Shown here in pieces: positions 35,659 through 45,831 of a DNA stretch of 64,000 nt. The position numbers and the translations under genes were made by a program. This DNA comes from a virus (taxonomy: Duplodnaviria > Caudoviricetes): the IMG/VR virus record IMGVR_UViG_3300011435_000001, positions 1 to 64,000 of that record. The stretch is one strand, 5' to 3'. Every line of letters starts with the position of its first letter. Within the stretch, counting starts at the first letter, position 1. The notes under the pieces are model-generated. The model searched no databases. It was not told the DNA's origin and saw only the letters and a program-made list of their open reading frames with translations.

Positions 35659-36849
35659 TTAACTCGTGGCGTGTTTGCCAGAGTCTTTGTCTGTTGCCAT
35701 TCGCAACACTGAAAAGGATTGTCCCATAGCCGCCGCACCTTCGTCAACTAATGCGGCGCGAAAATCTTCGACGGCCTTGGTCTTCTTGCCGCGCGGTGAC
35801 GTCAGCTCAATCAGCTCGTCGAGCGAGGTGATGGCGACGTCGTAGAGGGAGTCGACTTTGTCGGCGTGCTCCGGCGCGATGAAGCGCTTGGCGATTTCGC
35901 CGGTCTTCCGCGCGTGCAGAATTTTGATGTTGCGCTTCGGATAGAGCACGTAGCCCTCGGGAATAAAATCTTCGTCGTTCGCCGCTTTCGTGGTGGCGTT
36001 CTTGCGGAAAGACTCAGCCCAGAGTTTCACCACCTGCGCCAGCTTCATCCCTTCGGCCACCTGCTTCGGGTCTTCGAGGGACACCGTGTTTATGTCTTCG
36101 GGCACCGCGAGCGGCGCATATTTCTTGCCCACTTGAATCACCAGCTCCGCGACTTTCGGACAAACACCAACCAGCGAACAGAAAAGACAAGTGCCAACCG
36201 TGGCCCGCGCCAGAGAGAAATCCGCAGGATTCTTGCCTGCCTCGACGGCCCGAGCAACCACGGTCCGCACTCTAAGGTAAAACGAGTCGGGAACCGAGAC
36301 GTCAAAAAGGTGGTCAGATTCATGGTCAATGTGGGGTTGGAAAAACAGCACGCGACAGGTCCGCAGCTTCGGGAACATTTTCTTGATGCCAAGCATATAG
36401 GAAATCCCCTGCAAGTTGTCCTTGGCGTCGGTCACTGCATTTCTTCCGAACTTCCAGTCGATGATTTCCGCGTGGGTCTCTTCGGCGTTGATGATGCCGA
36501 GGTCGAGGTAGCCGCCGGTGGTGCCCTCCCAAAGTCCTCCTTCGCGTTCTTGGATTACGGCATCGTCCACGGGCAGATAAATCTCGCGCAGCACCTTGGC
36601 TCCCGGGCCAAAGGAGGCAATTCTCTCAAGCGCCAGCTCCTTGCACTGAGCCACCACAAGGGCCTTGTAGTCGGGGATTCGGTTGTCGTCGAGGTCAGAC
36701 TCCACTGCGTTGTGCTGAAGCGTGCCCATGATGGAAGCCTCATTTTCCGACTGCGTGGGCTGATACTTCGGGCAGGCCTCGCGTGCTTGAAGAGTAGACG
36801 GAGAGTAGGGGTGATGCTTGCGTTCTGTCTTGTCTGCTTGTTCGGTCAT
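35659..36849 (-). CDS. Cas4-like PD-(D/E)XK exonuclease (DUF2800-like)
   Basis: 'YSPSTL...ACP', 'GTLQH', 'GYLDL...IIDWKFG', 'QGISY', 'CLFC...CP'. Confidence 0.8.
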   Translation of the reverse strand: MTEQADKTERKHHPYSPSTLQAREACPKYQPTQSENEASIMGTLQHNAVESDLDDNRIPDYKALVVAQCKELALERIASFGPGAKVLREIYLPVDDAVIQEREGGLWEGTTGGYLDLGIINAEETHAEIIDWKFGRNAVTDAKDNLQGISYMLGIKKMFPKLRTCRVLFFQPHIDHESDHLFDVSVPDSFYLRVRTVVARAVEAGKNPADFSLARATVGTCLFCSLVGVCPKVAELVIQVGKKYAPLAVPEDINTVSLEDPKQVAEGMKLAQVVKLWAESFRKNATTKAANDEDFIPEGYVLYPKRNIKILHARKTGEIAKRFIAPEHADKVDSLYDVAITSLDELIELTSPRGKKTKAVEDFRAALVDEGAAAMGQSFSVLRMATDKDSGKHATS

Positions 36850-36900
36850 ACTGGTTACTTGCTCAAAAGGTGCGCGGAAAACGGAAAAGTCAAACAGCTT

Positions 36901-37152
36901 TCATCGACGGCGGCTCTCCCTGCGGATTGCCTCTGCGTAGCGCTGGCACGCGGCGGCGATTTTTTCTTGCGGCGTCCGGGGGCGGGCCAAGAAGAGGAGG
37001 GCCTTGCTGACGACTACGCCCACGGCGGGAATAAAGAGGGGTGCCGCGACCCACCACCAAGACCAAGCAATCTGCCCGGTGAGCTTGAGCGTCAGGAAAA
37101 TCAGAAACAGCATCCCGGTGAGGCCGATTCCTTGTGCTGGTCTTTCGTTCAT
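36901..37152 (-). CDS. Phage membrane protein
   Basis: 'GIGLTGMLFLIFLTLKLTGQIAWSWWWVAAPL', a common phage transmembrane family. Confidence 0.75.
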   Translation of the reverse strand: MNERPAQGIGLTGMLFLIFLTLKLTGQIAWSWWWVAAPLFIPAVGVVVSKALLFLARPRTPQEKIAAACQRYAEAIRRESRRR

Positions 37153-37153
37153 G

Positions 37154-37315
37154 TCAGTGTTTGTAGAGGAACGTGACTGTCGCGGTGATGGCGAGCGCGC
37201 AAAGCCAGTAGCACACGTCCGCCGGTTTCTTCTCGATGCCCCAGCGCAGTGCGTTCAGCAGATACAGGGACATGATGACGTAGTTGAAGATTTTGGGGTC
37301 GAGCAAGAATTTCAC
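37154..37315 (-). CDS. Small two-TM membrane protein
   Basis: GTG start; hydrophobic KFLLDPKIFNYVIMSLYLL...WLCALAITATV. Confidence 0.5.
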   Translation of the reverse strand: MKFLLDPKIFNYVIMSLYLLNALRWGIEKKPADVCYWLCALAITATVTFLYKH

Positions 37316-37484
37316 CTCGGGCCTTTCTCTTTCTCGGGCAACCGCGGAGCGCGGACCACGTCGCTCTTCAGGCCGCGCCGGTCGCATTCCGCGATATACG
37401 CTTCCGTCTCGGGACGACCGTCTCTCCACAGGGCCTTGGCGATTTCCCGACCGCTCGTCCCGACCTTGCCTCGTTTCTCTTTGC

Positions 37485-38420
37485 TCATTGCACAGACTCT
37501 ACTTCAGTGGTTGCCGGTTGTCCAATCATCGCGGACTGAGCGAGGGTGCCCTTGTAGAATTCGGGGAAGCCGCCGCACACTCCGCGCTTGATTTGCTTGA
37601 TGAAGTGCTCGTAGAGGTGGTCGCGGATGAAGTCGCCCTCTTCGCGCTCGAGGTCCTTTTGCAGCTCGCACATGAGGGGGCCGATGTCCTCGGGCCCACC
37701 GACCAACGTGCCGTTGTCTCGCAGGTGCTGGACCGCCTTGCGCCAGCGCGCCTCTGTCTTAAGTTGCGTGACGAGATTCTGCACCACGTCATTCGTGCCG
37801 GGGTTCGCCTTCTTCCACTCGCCGCCGTGACGCTCCTTGAACTCGGGGCTCACGAACTTGCCGATGAGAATCTTTTTGTCGATTCCGAATCGGTTGTAGT
37901 TCTTGATGACGAACCCCTCCACCTTGCAGCCGCCGAGGATGGAGTCGTGGTCCAAGAAGTCCCGGATTTGGTCATCAGAGATTCCCGGCAACGCGCCGAC
38001 GTAAAAAGTGGGGACAACCTCGAGGCCGAGTCTCTCAGCCTCCGCACACTTGTCGTCATATTGGAGATACGTCTCCGGCCCGGTCATCACGTCGAAAAGG
38101 ATGATGTGTTGCTTCGGGATGCGCGCGTAGGCTTGCACGTTGTGCTTCGGCTTGCTCAGATACTCTCCGCGATACACCCAGCCGGGGCGCAAGTCGAGAG
38201 AGGCGGCGGTGTCGACAGCGTGGTTGAAAAGCTGCGGCACTGCACCGATGTGAATGTCTTGTCCCTTGGAGCGGACTGAGAGCGAGCCGTCGTGGTTGCG
38301 GCACATGCTGAACTGTGACCCGTCAACTTTCTCTTCGACGACGACGGGGCCGCACAGCAGCTCGTTTAGGTAGCGGTGTCCGAGCGTGTAGATGCTCGGG
38401 TAGGATGATAAGTTGCTCAT
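37485..38420 (-). CDS. ATP-dependent RNA ligase (Rnl2-like)
   Basis: Motif I 'EEKVDGSQ', 'YRGEY', 'LFDV', 'EGFVIK', 'GKFVSPEFKE'. Confidence 0.85.
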   Translation of the reverse strand: MSNLSSYPSIYTLGHRYLNELLCGPVVVEEKVDGSQFSMCRNHDGSLSVRSKGQDIHIGAVPQLFNHAVDTAASLDLRPGWVYRGEYLSKPKHNVQAYARIPKQHIILFDVMTGPETYLQYDDKCAEAERLGLEVVPTFYVGALPGISDDQIRDFLDHDSILGGCKVEGFVIKNYNRFGIDKKILIGKFVSPEFKERHGGEWKKANPGTNDVVQNLVTQLKTEARWRKAVQHLRDNGTLVGGPEDIGPLMCELQKDLEREEGDFIRDHLYEHFIKQIKRGVCGGFPEFYKGTLAQSAMIGQPATTEVESVQ

Positions 38421-38540
38421 TGCACGCTGGGGGTTGGTCAGTATTTCTTGCGGGGGTTGTGTTTGATGGCGGCCAGAAGTTGCTTATGGTCTTCGGCGTT
38501 TGCTTTGGTGGTGGCGGCCTTGCGCGGGCTCTTCTTCACT

Positions 38541-38828
38541 TTACGAGTTGAGTATGATGGCATTGGTTTGTGTGGGGTTGTGGGTGGGCACGAGCCAGCC
38601 CGTCTTGAGTCGGTCCACGGCAGCTCCGGCCTGCCAGCCTTCGCGCCACACCTTGCGGATTTTACCCGCGCGGGAGTGGAACTCGGGGCAGTCCTTCAAC
38701 TGTTCGCCTCGGCCTTGGGCGTCGAAGCCCATCTCCCAGTGCGCGAAGAGTTGTTGCTGGCCTTTTGTCAGGGCCAGCTCGGGGTTGTCGGAAACGCAGA
38801 TGCGTAGGTTTTCGGAGCTTATTTTCAT
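38541..38828 (-). CDS. Hypothetical protein
   Basis: 95-aa ORF in the operon. Confidence 0.5.
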   Translation of the reverse strand: MKISSENLRICVSDNPELALTKGQQQLFAHWEMGFDAQGRGEQLKDCPEFHSRAGKIRKVWREGWQAGAAVDRLKTGWLVPTHNPTQTNAIILNS

Positions 38829-39040
38829 TGGTTGTTTTGGTGATTAGCTGCGCTGGATTCCCTCGCCGCGTCGAGCCCGGTCCTTGGCGTCCTGCGCGCT
38901 GGTCGCTCGCACGTCAACCCAGCGGTCGATGCGGAGCCCTCTGCGGGAAAAGCCGTTAGGCCGGACCACGCAAAACTTGAACTTCAGGTAGTCCCGGCTG
39001 TGGACGTCTTCTTCGCGATATTTGGCGACAGAGAACCATT

Positions 39041-40531
39041 TCATAACATCGAGAAGATGCCACTCAACTCGTGCTCTGTCAAATGGAGATTTGAAGCCAG
39101 CAGGTCCCCGTCGTTGAAGGCGTCCTGCTGGTTCAGGCGTGTCACCAAGCGGCGATGCACGTGCTCCTGCCGCGTGCCCGCGGCCAGAACTACCCGGTAG
39201 AGGGACTTGCTCTTGGCCCCGATGCGCGGGAGTCTCCCGAAAACTTGGCGGATGTTGACCGCCGAGTTGCAAGGCGAAACGTGGCCAACACGAGGAAAAG
39301 AGCCGTCGAAGTCAGCAAGAGTAATACAGATGCCGCCAGCAGCAGAGTTGCAGTTGATAACACGGTGGCTGTTATTTTGAAAAGCGTCGATGTTGTCATC
39401 GCGGCGTGCCTTGCCTTTTGCGCCCACTTGGCTACCGTCGATGCGACAGTCGGTTTTGAGTCGCGTGCAGAGTTCATCCAGTGTTTGAGTGAACGTCACG
39501 AAGTTAGCCACGCTGTAGCCCTGCTCGTTCGCGTCCTCGGTTAGCTGCACGAATACGGGAACCATCAGTAGCTCGATTTCTTGTAGCGAGCGGATGATGA
39601 CGGTGAGATGTGATTCCTTGTCCGTCGCCGCCTTGTCGCGGAGCGCGCGGATGGAGTCGTCCATCTGTTCGTAAAGCTTGTCAATCGCGCGGCCCTCGGC
39701 GAGGTCATACAACTCCGCGGAAATACTGCACTCAGGAAAGTCGGGTAGGTCTTTGATGCGAACGCGAGTGCCGTGGTCTGGAAAAATTTCTTCGTTGAGC
39801 CGCGCCATCGTGCGCTTGCGGTCGTCCTCCTTCCCTGCGAAATAAAATCCTCCGTGCGGAGACGGTCGGCAGTTCCACTTGCGCACCCAAGTCCAGAAGC
39901 GCAGACCGGCGTCCAGCTCGTGGAGTCCCAGCACATAGCCCAGCGCTTTGAAGTCAAGCGGGCTGTCGCCAGCGGTGGCTGAGAGTCCGAGAGTTTTCAG
40001 GCCCTGTCGCTTCGCCGCAATCAGCATCTCTGCGTTGAGTGAGTCCGTGGCCTTGCAGCGGTGAACCTCGTCGAACACAGCCGCCTTTACCTCAGGATGA
40101 AAAAGAAATCTCCCGTAATTGTGAGGGATGGTTTTTGTTTCAACGCAGTGACACGCACCGTAAGGACACTTCGGGGTGGTGTCGTCTTCCACCCAGCACT
40201 GGCACACGGTGCATTTGAGTCGCGACTTGAGTGGCCCGGTCTTCGGAAATTGCCAGCGACCAAAGGGAGTCTTCCCGGTCCGAAGCTTCTCGTAGCCAAC
40301 AACATCGAACTCCACGCCGAGATGCTCACCGGCACGCAGCCAGCCAGTTTTTGCGACGTCGGGGCAGACTACTAACGTGGGAAGATTTAGTTCTCGCAAC
40401 ACCGCACCGGCGACGTAGGTCTTGCCGGTGCCCATGTCTGAACCATCGAGGGCCGCGCCATCGCGCCGAAGGCAAGCGAGCAAGTGCCGCGCTGCGTCAG
40501 GTTGATGGGGCTTCAGACCCTCTACGTTCAT
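39041..40531 (-). CDS. SF2 (SNF2/DEAH-like) helicase
   Basis: 'DMGTGKT', 'FDEVHRCK', 'GLSAT', 'QVFGRLPR'. Confidence 0.85.
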   Translation of the reverse strand: MNVEGLKPHQPDAARHLLACLRRDGAALDGSDMGTGKTYVAGAVLRELNLPTLVVCPDVAKTGWLRAGEHLGVEFDVVGYEKLRTGKTPFGRWQFPKTGPLKSRLKCTVCQCWVEDDTTPKCPYGACHCVETKTIPHNYGRFLFHPEVKAAVFDEVHRCKATDSLNAEMLIAAKRQGLKTLGLSATAGDSPLDFKALGYVLGLHELDAGLRFWTWVRKWNCRPSPHGGFYFAGKEDDRKRTMARLNEEIFPDHGTRVRIKDLPDFPECSISAELYDLAEGRAIDKLYEQMDDSIRALRDKAATDKESHLTVIIRSLQEIELLMVPVFVQLTEDANEQGYSVANFVTFTQTLDELCTRLKTDCRIDGSQVGAKGKARRDDNIDAFQNNSHRVINCNSAAGGICITLADFDGSFPRVGHVSPCNSAVNIRQVFGRLPRIGAKSKSLYRVVLAAGTRQEHVHRRLVTRLNQQDAFNDGDLLASNLHLTEHELSGIFSML

Positions 40532-41073
40532 CAGAGCGTGACCTTAAGGATGACCACCGTCCCGTTGGCCAGCGGTCCGTCGACGGGAACCACAACCCCA
40601 TTTTGCGGCTCGAGGAAAAACCATTGACCATCATTGCGGCGTATGACGTTCATCACGTGGTAACCGAGAATTAAACCGTCCTCGGTTGAGATGCGGACGT
40701 AGGCCATGCCGACGGCCACGGCGGCGCGGGAATTTTTGTAGTGCCGCAATGCCCACACGTCCATCCAGTGCTTGGCCTCGCGTGCGAAGTTGTCACAGTC
40801 CCAAGACTCCTCAGTATATTTCGTCCACTCTTTGTGGGACATGGCGAAGGCGACCATCTCTTCGATGTCAGACTGCGTGGGAGAAATGTAAAACGCATCT
40901 TCGGGCCCCGTGACGATGCCCAGCTCAGAGCTGTCTCTCGGCATCTTCCATTGCAGGCACTGCTCGATGGTGGCAGCGATTTCATTCCAGTCGAGGATGG
41001 AGTAGCGTTCAGTGGGTTCAGCTTGCGCTGCTAGGGTGACTGCGAGCAGCAGGCTCGCAACGATTTTTTTCAA
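40531..41073 (-). CDS. Exported papain/transglutaminase-fold protein
   Basis: Signal peptide MKKIVASLLLAVTLAAQA; 'WDCDNFA', 'YHVMN', 'WFFLEPQ' give a putative C-H-E triad. Confidence 0.6.
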   Translation of the reverse strand: MKKIVASLLLAVTLAAQAEPTERYSILDWNEIAATIEQCLQWKMPRDSSELGIVTGPEDAFYISPTQSDIEEMVAFAMSHKEWTKYTEESWDCDNFAREAKHWMDVWALRHYKNSRAAVAVGMAYVRISTEDGLILGYHVMNVIRRNDGQWFFLEPQNGVVVPVDGPLANGTVVILKVTL

Positions 41074-41698
41074 TGTGCTGTTTCCGTTTCAGCGCGCTGG
41101 GGTTATGTGTTCGCAGAAGATGTTCACGCACGGGAGAGTTGTCTTGCAGCAGGTCGTGGATTTCGGGAGTCGCGAGGACCTTCTCGCGATACCAGCGGTG
41201 CCACTGAAGACTGGTTGTGCCCTCTGGCAGGTGTCCGGACGTTATGGCGTTCTGAGCAAACTCCTTCGCCTCACCGGAGAGCCACGTGCGGAAAAGATAG
41301 AACCATTCGGGCTCAATGCAGACAACATACTTGTCGGCCCAGCAAATATCCGACGGGGCCATATTGTTTTCGATGGCGACGCTGCGACTGTGCAGCACGC
41401 AACGCAGGGCGGCATCTATTCCACATGTCCGGGAATAAAACCAACGGTGACCGCGCAGGCGGTTCAGACCGTGCATGAGCGTGCCCACAAAATGCGCGCC
41501 GGGCAATGGGTGGAGCTTGCCCTCCTTGCCGTCGATGTCCGCGCAACCCCAGTATCCGATGTCGTGAAAGAGAATGCACAGCCAGCCTTCGAGGTCCGGC
41601 CAGCAGCGAAAGAGCTTGCGGTAGGCAAGAGCCACGGTGAAGGGGTGCCAGAGAAACTGGTGGCAGCCGAACAGGAGAGAGCGAGTGCCGATTTTCAT
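41018..41698 (-). CDS. HD-domain phosphohydrolase-like protein
   Basis: 'HQFLWHP', 'LFHDIG', 'LHS', 'WADK'. Confidence 0.7.
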   Translation of the reverse strand: MKIGTRSLLFGCHQFLWHPFTVALAYRKLFRCWPDLEGWLCILFHDIGYWGCADIDGKEGKLHPLPGAHFVGTLMHGLNRLRGHRWFYSRTCGIDAALRCVLHSRSVAIENNMAPSDICWADKYVVCIEPEWFYLFRTWLSGEAKEFAQNAITSGHLPEGTTSLQWHRWYREKVLATPEIHDLLQDNSPVREHLLRTHNPSALKRKQHIEKNRCEPAARSHPSSAS

Positions 41699-41970
41699 AG
41701 CCAAGGTCCGAGCTTGAGTTTCAACCAGACGAGTCGTCCCCTCAGGTGAACCGCTTTGAAGAACTCGCGCCTCTCAACGGGACCGTGCTTACGGTTGCGG
41801 GATTCCCAACAGAGCACTTGACCGGCCACGAGAGGCGGCGGGGCGCCGACATAGCCCTCGGTGTCTACCAGCCCAAATGGGTCGTCTCGACGGTCGAGTT
41901 GAGCGTGTATTTGCCCGCAGTCAGCGAGCGTGTTGTTCTCCTCTTCGATTGAAGGAATGTCCCAGCTCAT
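41695..41970 (-). CDS. Hypothetical protein
   Basis: MSWDIPSIEE...; ATGA coupling. Confidence 0.5.
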   Translation of the reverse strand: MSWDIPSIEEENNTLADCGQIHAQLDRRDDPFGLVDTEGYVGAPPPLVAGQVLCWESRNRKHGPVERREFFKAVHLRGRLVWLKLKLGPWL

Positions 41971-42503
41971 GTCAGTCTTCGTTCTAGGGTGACAAAGCGA
42001 AGCGTCTCGTTGTTGATTCGCATCGGCAGATTGTTGTCCAGAGCCCAAGCACAAAGCGTGGTGTGATACTGGTCGAGCGTGCCGTCGTTCACAATTACTT
42101 CGTCGCAGTCCTCGGGGCCGAAGGTCACCGTCGGGTCCACCGCATTGCCGGGTCGGTCAATCCACACAATGCGGTCGAAAAGTTTCTCCGCCTTCACCGC
42201 ATTGATTTCCTTGATGTCCCGCAGTCCCGCGCCGATGTCTCCGCTCCGCACCACGAGCCGGGCGAGATAGCATTGGTCCGTGAGGCGCAGCTTGTCCAGC
42301 TCGTCCTTCCAGAACTGACGGTCCCGGTGGCGCTCTTCCCAAGCTTGGCAGGGGTGCTTGTCCAGCACGCGCGCCATGTGTGGCAGGCCCGCCCAAGAGA
42401 ACGAGCCCGCGTATCGCAGCTTCGTGATGAAGCCTAGATAGATGGCGGCTTCGTCTTTGCCCGCTCGCCCGTATCCGCAGAATAAAATTTTCTTATAGTG
42501 CAT
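41967..42503 (-). CDS. Deoxynucleoside monophosphate kinase-like P-loop protein
   Basis: 'ILFCGYGRAGKDEAA', 'GLRDIKEI', 'IVWIDRPG'. Confidence 0.7.
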   Translation of the reverse strand: MHYKKILFCGYGRAGKDEAAIYLGFITKLRYAGSFSWAGLPHMARVLDKHPCQAWEERHRDRQFWKDELDKLRLTDQCYLARLVVRSGDIGAGLRDIKEINAVKAEKLFDRIVWIDRPGNAVDPTVTFGPEDCDEVIVNDGTLDQYHTTLCAWALDNNLPMRINNETLRFVTLERRLT

Positions 42504-42907
42504 AGGAGATGTGGTTTGTAGTGTGCAAGTGCAAGCCATGTCAGGAACCATTCGGTGTCATACCAAGCCGCCTCTTGGGCGGGCCGAGGGTGACCCCCGA
42601 AGGGTTCTGACCCCGGGGCGATTTCTTTCCGCATTCGAGCGGCAAACGATGTGGTAGATTCCATTCGATGCTGAGGTCGTGCTCGCTCGCCACGGTCCGG
42701 AAAAATGCAGCCCGGTAGGCTCTGAGCTGTGGAGAAGAGGTCACGATGGGTTTTGAGGTTGAGCTAGACTTTCGAGCCGGGCTTGCGCCAGCAGAAAAAT
42801 CTCGTGGAGTTGATTTCCCGTGACTCCGTGGACAACGATTGCGCCACCCATGAACATGGTGTTCTGAACTTTGGTGGTGCGGATGATTTCTTTGAGCTGT
42901 TCGAGCG

Positions 42908-43279
42908 TCATTCGGCCCTCCCCTTCGTGCGGAATTCAATTTCTGTGTCCAGTCGTGCGAAGCACATCAACGCGTAATCCTGCATCGGGCGATACAGCCT
43001 CTCCGCGTAGCTGCCGGAGCGGGCAATCAGGTGCTTGTAGTGCGAGGCCTCGCGCGCAGCCTGATGCAGGCGGCGAATCAACTGGCGCATCGTCAGCGTC
43101 CCAATCTTCGCGATGTATTTCTCGTCGCGATTTTTCGGCGGGCGTCCGTAGACTCTGGTCTCGCGTTCACGCATCGCTCGCTTGCGTTGGCGCGCAGTGT
43201 GCTTGGCCTTGGGGTTGAAGAGGTCCACCTCCAGCTTGTGCGAGAGGTTCGGAGAGATGTCTTTGTCGGTGTCGTTCAT
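42908..43279 (-). CDS. Hypothetical basic protein
   Basis: 123-aa ORF with upstream AGGAAG. Confidence 0.55.
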   Translation of the reverse strand: MNDTDKDISPNLSHKLEVDLFNPKAKHTARQRKRAMRERETRVYGRPPKNRDEKYIAKIGTLTMRQLIRRLHQAAREASHYKHLIARSGSYAERLYRPMQDYALMCFARLDTEIEFRTKGRAE

Positions 43280-43485
43280 GTCTTCCTACTATGTATCATG
43301 CTCACAGCGTAAGCGCAAATGTCACAGAGGGCCCACGTCTCTTTTCTCTCAGGGTCCGAGATGATGAAGCGCTTTGCGCGCACCTTGTTGCCGTTCGCCT
43401 CTACATAGTCAACGACGTTGAACTCCGGCCCCTCTATCTCGACGGAATGAAGGCGGCAGAGGGGATTGTCACAGAAGGGGACCAT
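43276..43485 (-). CDS. Small Cys-containing hypothetical protein
   Basis: CxxxxC...CDIC. Confidence 0.5.
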   Translation of the reverse strand: MVPFCDNPLCRLHSVEIEGPEFNVVDYVEANGNKVRAKRFIISDPERKETWALCDICAYAVSMIHSRKT

Positions 43486-43590
43486 AGAGAGAGGCTTGCA
43501 TGTTGAAGAAAAACGGGTCTCTGAAGTGCGGAACGGGGACCCACTTTGGGTGCGCCTTCCTGATTTTCTTTTTGCGTCTCGTTCGGGGCT

Positions 43591-44223
43591 TCACTTCACA
43601 GCGGGATTCGGAGTTTTCGGTGCGGGCAGGTGTTCGGGTGGAGTGAACACAGGTGCCGCACTCAAGCGCTGCTTGGTGGGCGACTTACGAGGGCCCTGCG
43701 GCAGTTCCGTGGGGTGCTGCTTGAGACGCAGGCTCAGCTCGCGGCCTTCGCTGCCGAGAATCTCCTGCACGATGGCGGGAAGGTTCTCCACGGGCAGACT
43801 GGCGTTGACCTGATTGGAAAACCTCGTTGCGTTCCGCGTCATGCGGTCCTTGAGCGTGAGCCCGACCATGCCTTTGTCTTGCAGGTATCGCAGCAGCACG
43901 TCCTGCGCGGCGCCCTCGAAGAACACCGTGCCGACCTCGCGGAAGCACTCGGCACCCGTGCCGTCTGCCGTCGCGTTGTCGATGAACAACTGTCGCAGAG
44001 TCATGCCGGGGTAAGGGTTGATGAACTGCGGGGCGTCCTCGCGCGTCTCGATGGTGCTGCCCATGCGCTTGGCCTCGCCGGGCGCCAGCTTCGGGTGAAT
44101 CTTCTTCAGCTCGAGGTAAAGGTTGTCGTAGTCAATCTTGGCAACGCCAGTGAGGGGGGCCTCGACGGTGACGGCGTCTTTCACGCCCGGGACACGAAAA
44201 GTTCCAATAATGTAGGATGGCAT
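43591..44223 (-). CDS. Hypothetical protein
   Basis: Long ORF; start placed at ATG 44223 to avoid overlap. Confidence 0.55.
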   Translation of the reverse strand: MPSYIIGTFRVPGVKDAVTVEAPLTGVAKIDYDNLYLELKKIHPKLAPGEAKRMGSTIETREDAPQFINPYPGMTLRQLFIDNATADGTGAECFREVGTVFFEGAAQDVLLRYLQDKGMVGLTLKDRMTRNATRFSNQVNASLPVENLPAIVQEILGSEGRELSLRLKQHPTELPQGPRKSPTKQRLSAAPVFTPPEHLPAPKTPNPAVK

Positions 44224-44254
44224 ACAATGAAAAGGTTTCCCTTTCGGGATGATG

Positions 44255-44488
44255 TCAACCCTCGATTCGCGCCTTCTCGCGGGCACTATTGCCGGGCCGG
44301 TCTTCAATCTGCGCCAGCTTCTCGTCGCGGGTCAGGGCGTTGTAAGACCTCTGCCGAGACTGGGCTTCCGTCCACTTGCGGCCACGCTTGGCGTGCAGCG
44401 TGGCGTTGCTATAGCCAGCGGTCTTTTTCTTTCCCCCGGTGATGAGGGCGGCGGTTCCGTGTGTCTGCGGGTATTTCTGTTTGCTCAT
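44255..44488 (-). CDS. Small basic hypothetical protein
   Basis: 77-aa ORF. Confidence 0.5.
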   Translation of the reverse strand: MSKQKYPQTHGTAALITGGKKKTAGYSNATLHAKRGRKWTEAQSRQRSYNALTRDEKLAQIEDRPGNSAREKARIEG

Positions 44489-44726
44489 ATTGGTTTCAGT
44501 GTGTCGATGTTTACCTTGCGGGTTCCGTAAACTTGTCGCGTCCCCCGATTGTCCACTATCAAAAGCTCGCCGTCAAGGAATCGGCGCTGGTTCGCCCTGA
44601 ATCGCTCTGCCTCCGCGGGAAGACCAGCCACGGATTTTCCGTGGAGCACGGAGTCGAGCATCACCGGAGAGGTGGGAAACTCCATCTCCACGTAGCGCGC
44701 GAGAATGTCTCTCATCAGGTGCGGGT

Positions 44727-45023
44727 TCATGGCAGGTCTTTCCAGATGTAGGTGTTCGGCGCTTGAGGCAGAGCCATCCAGTGTGTCCAGATTGTTCCTC
44801 GGTCGTGGGGTATTTCGTCCCATGCTTGCTCACTACATCGCCAGTATTTGATTTGCCACATTCTCCGTTTTGAGTTCCACGCGAGATAGTTCCCGTCTTC
44901 GCTGGGTCGCGCCGAACAAAGTCGCTGGAGCGAATGAGTGCTCCCGTCTTTGTCGCAGAACGCGGTTGGGCAGTCTGAGTAGGTGCAGGCGTCCGGGTCT
45001 GGGCAGTATTTCGGCGCACTCAT
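44727..45023 (-). CDS. DUF551-like phage protein
   Basis: 'EDGNYLAW...IWTHWMALPQAP'. Confidence 0.65.
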   Translation of the reverse strand: MSAPKYCPDPDACTYSDCPTAFCDKDGSTHSLQRLCSARPSEDGNYLAWNSKRRMWQIKYWRCSEQAWDEIPHDRGTIWTHWMALPQAPNTYIWKDLP

Positions 45024-45451
45024 CGCTCACCTCCATCGTTCGGCCACTCCAGTTGGATGCCAAACTCCATCAGATGACCTTCGCGGATTTTTCCAGTCAG
45101 ATAGCGGATTGTGTCGTTCAGGTCGGTTGTGCAGCCGTGCTTTCTCGCCTCTGTCAGTTCGCGCAGTTGCATCGCGAGGTGAGCGAAGGCTGTGTAGTGC
45201 GCGGCGATTCGTTCCTCCTGAGCTTCCACGCTTTGCGCGAGAGTCCACCGCTGGCGCTCTGCTCTGGCCTCGTCGCTGTAGGAAATCTTGACGCGCTCCT
45301 GAATCTTCGCGGTTACGTTCCTGTTGGTGATTTCCCCCGCCGCGTATTCGTCGAGGTCGTCGAGCTGTCTGTCCAGACATCGGCGAATGGCCTTCTCGGA
45401 CGTGGACTCGGCACCCTTGATGGTGTAGACAATGCGGAATCGTTTTTTCAT
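45020..45451 (-). CDS. Hypothetical coiled-coil protein
   Basis: MKKRFRIVY...; ATGA coupling. Confidence 0.5.
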   Translation of the reverse strand: MKKRFRIVYTIKGAESTSEKAIRRCLDRQLDDLDEYAAGEITNRNVTAKIQERVKISYSDEARAERQRWTLAQSVEAQEERIAAHYTAFAHLAMQLRELTEARKHGCTTDLNDTIRYLTGKIREGHLMEFGIQLEWPNDGGER

Positions 45452-45452
45452 G

Positions 45453-45827
45453 TTAGGCATACCAAGAGCTGTAGGTTGAACTGTCCGCCGAAACGCGGCG
45501 TGCGTAGTAGCGGCTCTCGAAGGAAAAGCTCGCGCCACCCTTGCCGTTGTAGTTAACCTTGCGAAAGGTCTCAGGATTGCCGCTGCTGTAGCCACCGCAC
45601 CACTGGGACTTCGCGAGGAAGTTGCCGGGCGTGGGCTTGACGGTCTCGCACATGAATCCTGCGGTGCCGGGCACTGAAGAGGCGCCAATCTCGCGGACGT
45701 AGCAGCCCTTCGGCGTGATGCGCGTGACCTGAAAGTAGTTGACGTTGGTCTGGTCGTAGCCCCAAGACATTTCGAAAATGTCGCCGACGGCTACAGGTTT
45801 CACGGGAATTGTGGGTGTTTCGTTCAT
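45453..45827 (-). CDS. Conserved early phage protein
   Basis: 'VGDIFEMSWGYDQTNVNYFQV' motif. Confidence 0.7.
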   Translation of the reverse strand: MNETPTIPVKPVAVGDIFEMSWGYDQTNVNYFQVTRITPKGCYVREIGASSVPGTAGFMCETVKPTPGNFLAKSQWCGGYSSGNPETFRKVNYNGKGGASFSFESRYYARRVSADSSTYSSWYA

Positions 45828-45831
45828 GGGA

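Noticed and set aside
35659-36849. CRISPR-Cas system from the Cas4-like gene
   Set aside because: No repeat-spacer array or other cas genes; context is a standard phage replication/recombination module
35866-37176. 436-aa + strand ORF and similar long overlapping ORFs in the track
   Set aside because: Antisense to well-supported genes, low complexity, no coupling or start signals
36901-37315. Holin/lysis cassette
   Set aside because: Membrane proteins sit in the replication operon and no endolysin is recognisable nearby
41018-42503. Z-genome or 7-deazaguanine DNA modification
   Set aside because: No PurZ, DpdA or Que genes in the window, and apparent restriction-site avoidance argues for unmodified DNA
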